Source: Bugula neritina (taxonomy: Eukaryota; Animalia; Bryozoa). Taken from it: DNA of 64,000 bases. Both the position numbers and the translations under genes were made by a program. The first letter of the stretch is position 1, and every line of letters starts with the position of its first letter. The DNA lies in NCBI GenBank assembly GCA_964035545.1, contig OZ037766.1, forward strand, positions 1,116,001-1,180,000, given 5' to 3'. Of this stretch, positions 53,448-64,000 are shown in pieces. The notes beneath the pieces are model-generated. The model ran no database searches, had not been told where the DNA came from, and saw only the letters and a program-made list of their open reading frames with translations.

Positions 53448-54784
53448 CGCCAACCCTTATTATCTAAGTGTAAGTGATAGCACTCATTTCGTAGTAGGTG
53501 TATAATCGTATTTTACCCAAAGTTAATGTAGTGTTTTAGTGCACTGCATAATATAATTATACTGTACTACTTTAGATTATGAATTATAATATTATAGTTA
53601 TTTTCAATCATGTTGTATGAAGTTAATATATTTCATCCTGTTGACACAAACTTCCAGTAAACAGATAGTTTTAATACAAGATATGAATCTTTATATTCTA
53701 CTCTATATGTATATAGGCTAAGTATATGCAGTTACCTGTCGAAGTATTTTCAAAGGAATTACAATATATTTCACTGTTATGCTATACAAAACTTATCATT
53801 AGTTGTGACAGGTACAGATTATTTTAGTTTAAAACATGTATTTAGTTTCAATGATAAGTTTAGAAGCAAATAAAAAGAGGAGAAAACTCCTTGAAGTGTA
53901 CTGAAACAGTCAATCCTACTGATTGTTACATGGAACTAGTTTCACACCAGGTCAAGTCTTTTTTAGCTTACATGCAGTGAAACATAACTTAATTGGCTTA
54001 TATAGTATGAGCAGGTTAACCACAGCTAAAGACAATGATTACCTTACAAGCAAAGGGATCTGTTATCACACAATACTGCTGTTTCCAGAAAATCATAATA
54101 TAGAACATATATTTTTTGGCATACTAGGTTATAGAGTTGACATAAATAAAATTTGGTGTTAAATCTTTCCTGGCAAGCTATACACACTACTATTTTAAAC
54201 TAAATTGGAAAGGCAACCTTCAGTGAGGGTTGATAATGCAAATTAATGATTGAATGAATGATAAGAAGAATGATATACAGCAGGTAACAAAAAATTCATA
54301 ACAAAATTATTATGAGTTGAATGAAGATTTCATCTATATTGTGGCAACAGCAAACTGAATACCCTTAACTTTTTCCATAACTTTTTTTATAGATTGAAAT
54401 TCATGAAAATACGAAGTATTTGTATTTTTAATTTTGAATTATTAATACACACCACACTTTTTGCAATTTAATAAACAATTATTTTATTATATATTTCCAG
54501 TGAATGAAATTATTACACCAACAAAGAGTAAAAGTGTAGTTAGTATATGTTAAAAATACTGAGCAACAAGACAATTTAACCACAGTTTTAAAATAGAAAG
54601 TTAGAGTAACATCAATATTTCTGAATAGCTATAAGACAGATATATTGAACCATATAATATTGGTACAAGTTTAAATGAACTATCAAAAGATGTGAAGTAT
54701 TAGTGATAAAAGTCCTGCAAGCTCAAAAAATAAAAGCTAGAACTGAAGTATCCACTGAAATAGTAGTTTTGCAGATTTGCTTCT

Positions 54785-57700
54785 TTAACCAAGAGTATTC
54801 CCAATATTTGACAGGGGAGGACAATTTCTTTCACATCTACAAACAGCAGAGAAGTATTGGAGTTGATAAATTGATAAAAACTATTTGTAGGAGATAGGTC
54901 AAGCTGAAGGTAGTATTTAATGAAGTTATTTCAAAGGCAATGAATGTGTATATTATTTACATGTAAATTAGTAACTGTGTTTTACTGCATGAAGTAAAAA
55001 TATCATCTATCTAATTTACAGCTGATGCTGTAACACAAGTCATATTTTAGTACTTTGTATAAAAAGTATACCTTGACATGTCATCAACTTCACAGATGTT
55101 CACAGAACAATGAAGGTAGCTGTTCTTTGATGTGTGAGGTACGAAAATTGTGGAAAGCATAGAGAACTTGTTGCTGGACAGAATTTGAACAGCGTATCCT
55201 GTGCGGCATCTGAAATCATTAATGATAATTTGTAACAGTGGTGTCATTATAGAAAAGGGAAATAGAAGAGTTATTATATATACTAATATTGTATATCATT
55301 TAGTAAAGCAATTGCTATATTCAAAGGTTATATTATATATTGTAGACTAAAAGTATTACCCATTCTGGATAACCATTTGACCAGCTGGGTCATTGGCATT
55401 GCTTGTTGGGGTCAGCTTGCAGTCTTTTGGTGAAACTCTCAGATCTGAGGTGCTGGCTGAAATCCCCAGTTCTCCAAACAGTCTGGTTCCTTCATGGATA
55501 CTTATAGCACTGTCAGTTTCCAACAGGTTTCTGAACTCTTTATCAGTAAACACATCTAGTCTGTAATAAGGAAACATTACATCACCTCAAAGGCCATAAA
55601 TTCACAATATTTACTTTTATTCTAATGACGTGTCACATTGGTTTTGAAACAATGTTTACAGGTTCAAACTATTCTGCATGTTGTTACTGTTAATTATCAA
55701 CATGAACAAGAGTTGAAGACAAACTGTCACTAAGCATACTTTTGAGAACTAGCTGAGAGTTAAACAAGCCATACACAACAGTTTATCAGTCAGTACTCCT
55801 AATCTCAAGAAACTAATAAACAACAGATCTGCTAAAGATACGACTTACTGGACATCAAAATAGGCTTCTGCCTCATTCTCTGCAGTGAAAGTGTAGTTCT
55901 CTGGTCTCACAGTGTATTCTACAGAACTTGAGTAGTTGTTGAGTGGATATCTGCAGCTCTGTGTCAAGATGATGTCAGAGAAGTGTTTAACTTCAGAACT
56001 GATGTTACTGGAGTAGACAAGGGAGTTGGTAACAACCCAGTCTCCTCCCTCCACCTACAGGACAGACTTACAACCTTAGCTTTAAAAGTATCTCTTTATA
56101 TTCATACAATCTTTAAATAATTTCACTATTTTCTCCAATAAATACACTTTCTGACCTGTGTTTGTGCTCCACAATTTAGAAGAGGTATGGAGTATTTGTA
56201 TTGACCATTGAGGGTGGTAGCCGTAAACCCCTGGCAGTTTTCCATTAAGGGTTGTAAGTCCAATGGGCTAAGACCAAACAAGACTGAGCTGTTTATGGAG
56301 AAGTGCATACTGGTTGGGGTACAGGTGAGTTTAACTTGAGAGCTGTCTACTACTTCTGATTGGTCAGGTAAAGCGCTGATTACCTCTTCAGCGTCTAAAA
56401 ATAGACATATCATAATATTCTGAGAACTTAAATTAATAGCATATTTGTAAAAAGATATATCATTATAAAACAGCGGGTATGAGCTTAAAATAAAGAGCTG
56501 CAGTGCAATAAGATGGTATGTAGGCCTACAGTAACAACAACAAGAATGTATCACCTAAGAACCTAAATTAGTAGTATCAGATAACTGTTGTAATTGTAGC
56601 ATAAAATGTGGAGAAAGTTACAAATAAAGCGTGCAATTTAACATCATGACACTATAATAATATTATTTGTTGGAAGTAATGGACACTAACAGTAAATCTG
56701 ATAAAGTAATTTAAAGGTCACTTGCGTATAATTCTTATTGTGCACACTTCTAAACAAGAATATAAACAGGTTAATTATTGTTTCAACTACATCAATAAGT
56801 TTAGCAGTTAGTATTCTAACCTGCTTCATTGACCTTGACCTTCATGCTGACCTCAGAATGCACAGTTGGATCATATGCAGTAACAATTGGGTCACATGTT
56901 AGACATGATTGATGAGAACAAGGACCATACCACCAACCCATGTTGTTGTAATAGCCTGTCAGATTAACAAATAGTAAAATTCAATCATCTCTTTCATATG
57001 TTTCATATCTTTAGGTTATATATGTTTATAACTGAAAGAGAAGCAATTTATGAATCTAATAATTTATTAGTATTAGTAAAATTTTTGATAATAAGTGATC
57101 AAAGTTCTCTGTTCATTGGTCTTAGCATACATATACTAGTAGATTAAAATTCTAGGAAAATAATTCATATTAAAGATGGTATATTTCGCAATATCGTTAA
57201 AACTGTAAATATTAATCACATAGCAGTTTATAGTGATCACCATGCAGTATTCCAATTATTTTATGGGAAGCAGAAGTACATTATTTTTAATATACTAAAA
57301 ATGTTTCAGCACATACCAGAACAGCTTCCTGATACCCACTGGTCATTATCTCTATCATATGTAGAGAATTTCGTTCCAACTCTGCTCATTGAATTTACAA
57401 CTGTTCCCTGGTATAACCCAGACAATTCTACAATGCAGAAAAAACTAGTAAATACAGGCCTCCATTGGAAACATCCAATTTAACTCATGCCCATATAGGC
57501 CTACTATATATGAACTGTGCTTATAGTTATATGTATAACCATGATCTACTAGCATATTATAGTATGTGAGAAGGAAATGAGTCATACCTTCTATGATGTA
57601 CTGAGTTTCAGGACCACCCACTTTGAAATTACCATATTCAGAATAACGAGTAACATCTCCATAATTTATTCTCAGCTTAAGTTGTTTTTCATTAGAGAGG

Positions 57701-60700
57701 AGGTGTAGGAGTCTTAGACCTGAAAAACAATTGCTTTATTTTGATAATTAAAATTCTTAGAACAGAAATGATATGAAATAGTTCTAGATATTGTATTGTG
57801 TACTTAAAAACATTAACATCAATGGAACTATAATAATTTACTCACCAATAAAGTGATCATCGTTCACATCTCCAAATCCTCTCTCAAAATTAGCAAAGTT
57901 TTTATTGAACAGTCCACTTCCAGCTGTGTGCTTCAAGATAGTAATCCAGGGTCCATTAGGTGTGTCTAGGTCGCACAGTACTCTTACAGTCTCATTAGCA
58001 ATAGTTATTTTGGACTCCTGAGTTTCATCTAGACCATGACAGTAACTTGACACTGCAGGTTCCTGAGCTAAGTGAAGTAAATAGAAGAAATATATAGCAA
58101 AGCAGCTTTCAAGATGCCAACCATTGTTTAAGAGCAGCTGTTGGATCAAAACCAGACATATCGTTAATTTAGACTTTCAGTGGAAGCTGACTACATATCA
58201 ACTTAGTCTGGTAGCAGTTTATCAGCTGGAAGAGATATACAGATTATACTTACCAACGTCCTCAGCAGACAAAATCAAACTAGAGTTCACACTGGAAGCT
58301 ATTGGCGTTTCCTGAACAGAAGAATTGCAATTCAATGTGTACTTTTCATTTTCTAATCCTTCGAAGGTAAAGGCAGGATAACTAAACTTGAAGCTGCTAG
58401 ACGTATGAACTTTAGTGAAAGAGATGGCAGTCAATCTGAAACATCAGTATTTATAAATTAGCATTTAGAAATAGCTAAAAACAAGCTACTAAATTGTATA
58501 ATTATATGCACATATAAATTTAAAGATGCACTATATTGAGGTTGTTCTGTTTAGCATTATTCAACAGAATAATGGCGTGGAAACCCACTGAAAGAAGAAA
58601 CATTTGTGAGATTGCCTGCCATGATAACATAGTACTCTAATTTGGGTAGATTTTGGCTATAGAAAGTATACTGGATTACAAATTAGTATATATAGCGGTT
58701 TCCTACAGCTGCTGTGTGTTGACCAGAGTTAAGGCTGTTTATGTGACTATAGATTGATTTTCTTGAGGATATAGGCCTAACAATAATATACACAGTTACC
58801 CTGCATAAATGCCAACAAACCACTACCATATGCTGTCTCACCCATTCTCTATAACCCTTTGACTTGCTGCTCTCTGCTCAGAGTAAACTGTGCATTCATC
58901 TGGTATCAGTTTGAGTCCAGAGTCACTTGGCTCCAACTTTGCGTAAAGAGTTTCTCTTTGACGTAACTCAATTGGTAGAGAAAGAGAGCTACTATTATCT
59001 GATTGGTCGTTATACAGCTTTAAGCTGTAGTTGCTACAAAATATCATTAATACCTTTGATACTTAAAAACTATTAACTATTCATTACACCCGGAAAATTT
59101 CTGTAAAACCTTCTTACACTCTCATATTCACACTTCATTTTCATACTGATAAAACTTACCTTTCTTGTAGGGTACCTTGATCTTCAAGTCTCATGATAAG
59201 TCGTGGAACTTGAGTGGTTACTTGAGTGACATTACTTGTAGCAGCAAACACACACTTGAAAGGAATATAGATCAAGTCATAGAACATGACAGAGCCAGCT
59301 GCAACGTCATCAGAACTTAGGATGGTGTTGGAAAAGACAACAGTGTCATCTACAGTCTGCAAAACAAGAACTTTCCAAGTGAGGAATTCTACTTTCAACA
59401 AAAGTATGTAGCACAACACAGCGATGAGATTGATTTCATCAATAAAAGGTTTCGTAAAAATATGATAAGTCTATCATATAGAATAAAATATTAAAGAAGA
59501 CAATACCTAGCCAGTTGTAACTGTTTCAAAATTTTGGCCATCATATAGTAAGTTTGAAATTTGTTTAGAATCTTTTCATAAATTAAAAAAACTAAAAGTA
59601 TAAGTCAATAATGTTTTTACTTTTTGAGATGTGGAGCACTTGTCATAATCTGTCTGCAACCAGACATGAGTAGAGTTAGAACTGGCTACACACTGAGTGT
59701 CTAGTAAAGTGAGTTGGTCTGGCAGAAAGAAAAGTGTCCGTTTATCCAGAGTGACTTTCATTCCATGTGAAGATGAGCAGTCAATAGTTGTACCATTAGC
59801 TGAAAGAAATAGAGTTTTAACATAATCTAATATAGATTATTGATTACTTTAGCATCTGGTGGTTTATCACTGAGTTGTTGTGTACAATAAATCAACATCT
59901 TCTCAGCTTACCTGAACAAGTTTCATTGTCAGACAGATAGAGGTACTCAGGACATTCACAGTGATAGGATCCTTCAGTATTTACACAGTTATGTGAACAT
60001 CCTCCGTTATCCTCTAGACACTCATTCACATCTGTAAATAGAAGATAAGCTTTATGTTGCTAATAATATTTTGTTCACAACAAAACAATGTTTCCAATTA
60101 GATGGCCAATAAGAATGTGTTATGAATTATATGAAAAAAGGAGTTTTATCACAATTGAATAGTAACTTATCTGATATAGTTATTTTATTGTGATTGAAAT
60201 ATATCGTGAAGTCCAATTTCAAAACATATTGCAGTTTTGAAAGATTATGTTCTGTTTCCTTTCAGATATATTAAAACAAGCAAAATTATTAGAAAGTTTC
60301 TGTTGTAAACTGTAAACAGCATATAGAATACATTTGAATGCTGTTTATCCTGCATATAGCCACTGTTCCTAGCTGCATAAAATAGCCACTAGCTGTTCCT
60401 AACTGCATATAGCCAATGTTCTTAACCAAAGCCAACAACAAAATACCAAACTTTGAGAATACAAAATCGCTAGCAGGTCACACAAAGAAAGCCAAAGTCA
60501 ATCATTAACAAACACAACTGTCTATAACTAAATGTGTAAATACATACCTATACAATCTCTGTTGTTATCAGAAAAATAGAAATGGTCTGGACATTCGCAA
60601 TAGAAAGAACCAGCAGTGTTGATACAGGTATGGCTACATCCACCATTGGCTGTTTCACATTCATTCACATCTGCATACAAAATGAAGTAGAAGTTCAGGT

Positions 60701-63273
60701 CTGTGAATATTTTGCTGTTAGAGCTGATTAAGTATTACTTTATAATTTAGATGACTGTAATTTGGTTCAGAAGCGAGATAAAATTAAATTCCAATAAACC
60801 AATTCACGATCTTTCAAGGGCTATAACTGTTGCTCACTGTAATAGCATGTAGCATTCATACATACTGTTTCTAACTAACACTAATAGTGTTCTTACCTCT
60901 GTATAACACTATAAGAAAACCATGGTAATTAATCATATTAAGAAGGAGAACTGTCTATAACTATATGTGTGTAAATACATACCTATACAGTCTCTGTTGT
61001 TACCAGAAAGATAGAAATGGTCTGGACATTCACAATAGAAAGAACCAGCAGTGTTGACACAGGTATGGCTACATCCACCATTGGCTGTCTGACACTCATC
61101 AACTGCAACATTTAATCCAATAATATTTTAGTTACCACAAACCGACATATTCTTGAAATACAATATTTCAATTAATTATTTTAAATTTTTTTCTTACGAA
61201 GTAAAGTCATATTTATAGTTGGTAAAAATTTTAAATTGAATATTTTAAAAATTGGGTAAAATACTAAAATTCTGTAAGCATATCTCCACCATAAATTAAC
61301 AATGTATATAATATACAATGTATAGGATATACAGTGTGTAGAATACTATACATGCAATATGTAGAGTATGTAGTATGTTATAGAGTATACAGTGTGTAGA
61401 GTATACAGTGTGTAGAGTATATACAGCGTATAGAATATAAAGTGAGTAAAACAGAGTAAAGCCGATGCTAATACTAACTTTCACACTCCACATAGAGATG
61501 CTCTTTCGCTATACAGTCATGTGTACCCCAAGGTTCATGATTACATTCTGCTAAGTTACTTTCTGTCCCATAGCAATCAACACCATCAAGTAAGAAGTCT
61601 ACAAATAACCGTATTATTTACTTTACTAGAGGTTATAACTATACTACAATTATTAGATGAATGCTATGTTGATCAAATGTAATAAGATCTAAATTTAATC
61701 AAATAATGAAGCCATATACTTAATTAGTATGCAAAACCATGTTCAGTCCTTCATATATTTTTCAAATCATATCCTCATGTAATGCATTATTGTTATTTAT
61801 AGAAAAGAGAAACACTCTGAGTATATAGAAACTGTTGCTGATTGCTTTAAACCATATTGTCATAATAAATATATATATAAATATACATACTTGTGGTAGG
61901 ACCTGTAGCATCACGGCTAATATTAAGGATGATGGCACCAAGGTTTCTACAGACCACTCCTCCAACAATTAACAAAGTATTATCAGCAATATCATCACAC
62001 ACTGGTCCTTTCCTAAAATAATTTATAATAGCATACATATAGAAAATATATGCAAATGTATAGAAGTAAGCACTACAGTTACTGTAAAAGCTGAAATAAT
62101 TGAGCTATAATAATTTTCCACAACACTTGCCTTTTGCTTAGTTTACATTAAATATTCCAATCTTTTTTCTAACCAAACAAGTTTTAATTCAACATTAATT
62201 TTATACGAGTAAGATATTACAAAGCAAAGTACCTTGACTCACATATAATATATAAACTGGGTCATGTAATTTACAGCGTTGATACTAGCTGCTATAATTA
62301 TATAATACGTTTAAGAAAATTTGTTTGCTCACAGTCTCTTTTACAATGAAAATTAATAAAATATAGCTGAGATCATAAACATGGAATATTTTGAACCTAG
62401 CTTGAGTATAATTGGTTGAAAAGCTGCAATAAAAGTTGTGTAGTCTGTTAATTAAAATTAATACAAACATGACTTAATAATTTTGAGTATATGATAAGAA
62501 ATTCTAACATAATATATTGATTCTATATAATTAGGTTAACTAGAAATGAAGAGGTATGAGGTAATACTCACACTGAGTTTCTATAGACATAAACAAGTCC
62601 TTTCATGCCTTCAGTCAAGTAAACATCTCCATCTTTCTGAAAATAAATTCATAGGTGAAATATTAATTTACATTTAAGGATTGTGATATTTTACATTTTC
62701 CTATATTATTTTCTTTTCATTATACTATAATTCTATTATCTTGTCTGGTATTGTTTTGTGATGTTATATAATAATTTTGTATTATTATACTGCTACTATA
62801 TATATTATAGGCTATATACTATGATAATAATATATTGAATACTGTATAATATATGTAATGTATAATTAGTTTATGCAATATTATATTAGCATACTTTATC
62901 ATATAATATACTATTATATAGCTATTTTATATAGAATAAATCATCTTATGTAAATATACTGTTATTATATTATTTTAATTTTACAGTATATTTTATTATT
63001 ATATAATACATATAATATTTGATCATAATAAATAATTATGATAGACTATATATATATTGTATTGATTCATTAAACTAAGATACTATGGTGTGATAATACA
63101 CTTATATATGTTATAATTATAATATCATATATATTTATATTACCTCATTAAATCACAATGAATATTCTATCAATAAATATAAGTATTTGTAACATATTTA
63201 CCTGAGCTGCAGTGAACAAGATATTAACACTGAGTAGGCTGAGGATGAAAATTAAAATTGATAATTTCTTCAT
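54785..63273 (-). CDS. Secreted SRCR-EGF(3)-ZP-FReD-ZP mosaic protein, copy 2 (20 exons, about 975 aa, apparently intact)
   Basis: Exons: 63273-63202 (signal peptide [24 protein letters not shown]); 62636-62572, 62012-61891, 61598-61479 (SRCR: [42 protein letters not shown]); 61102-60983, 60670-60548, 60031-59912 (Ca-type EGF); 59799-59621, 59356-59160, 59033-58842, 58435-58254 (ZP-like); 58067-57846, 57719-57588, 57427-57317, 56955-56821 (FReD: [14 protein letters not shown]); 56394-56156, 56054-55849, 55560-55360, 55209-55072, 54836-54785 (ZP). Total 2928 nt, phases consistent. Confidence 0.88.
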
Positions 63274-64000
63274 TTCTAAACTGAGAAGTTAAATGCTAAG
63301 AGTACCAGTTTGTACAGCAGTTAGTCTCAGAGTGATTGACTGAACTTGACTGATCATTTATATACCAGAAAGTATGTTGTCTAGGCTACATATATGTGGG
63401 CTGCAAGCAATATTAGTTTAATAGATAATAAACGAAAAAACACAAAACATTCATTCACTGTGGTGGGCACTGGTTAAGTTGTTTGGTCACAGCTATTATT
63501 AAACTATGTTTTTGATGGCTGTCAATTGTTTCATCTTTAAAAACACACAAACTGGGTATAAAGTTAGAATAATAATTACTTTTACATAATTTTCCTAGGG
63601 ATATAAGTGTAAAATCAGTTGGAAGTCAAAAATTAACAGCATAGGCTGAAAGTTTGACGTAAAACAAGATTTTGACATTAGCTGTGCCTTGTGAAAACAT
63701 TTCCATTATCAGTGTTCATCCAGTCATGGTCAAATATGTTCACACAGCAGATGAAGAATGTTGTAAACATGGAATATTCTATAGAGCTAACAACTGTATA
63801 TTTATAGCAAGATGCATTATATATAGTAGAAAAATTACAACATGATCCTAATAATATTATATACAACTCTAGTAAAGTAGACGTCAGCAAATCTTATGAT
63901 ATATTCCATATTACAAAACTTTTTACCTGTTAAAAATAGGCCAGTTTTAAGAAAATCTTCCTGACTATAATATAACTGTGTGTATAATTTGACTTGTAAA

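Overview
AT-rich, intron-rich animal (invertebrate-type) genomic DNA; the species cannot be determined from the window. (1) Two tandem SLC49A4/DIRC2-like MFS transporter genes on + (1-1394 partial; 2632-8574 complete, about 497 aa). (2) A full-length, nonsense-inactivated Ty3/Gypsy LTR retrotransposon on - (9140-17027). It has GTAT TSDs, a tRNA-Leu PBS, a G_UUA_AAC + hairpin -1 frameshift signal, and a non-env, apparently spliced zinc-finger/coiled-coil third gene. (3) Two paralogous secreted mosaic-protein genes on - with the architecture signal peptide-SRCR-EGF(3-4)-ZP-fibrinogen(FReD)-ZP (18003-48225 and 54785-63273, about 975 aa). (4) The main hidden structure, not visible in the ORF track: an 18,544-bp DNA element (24255-42798) with CAG...CTG ends and a perfect 8-bp TSD (CATTCGTT) that splits an EGF exon of the first mosaic gene. 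It carries decayed, intron-containing remnants of a KDZ (Kyakuja-Dileera-Zisupton)-type transposase on + and a divergently oriented, unidentified spliced gene on -. (5) A tRNA-Thr(AGT)-derived SINE family, several MITEs, minisatellites, and orphan terminal exons marking a segmental duplication. Exon models were built by eye from GT-AG sites, codon phase and paralog comparison; family calls rest on recalled motifs, and no database searches were run.
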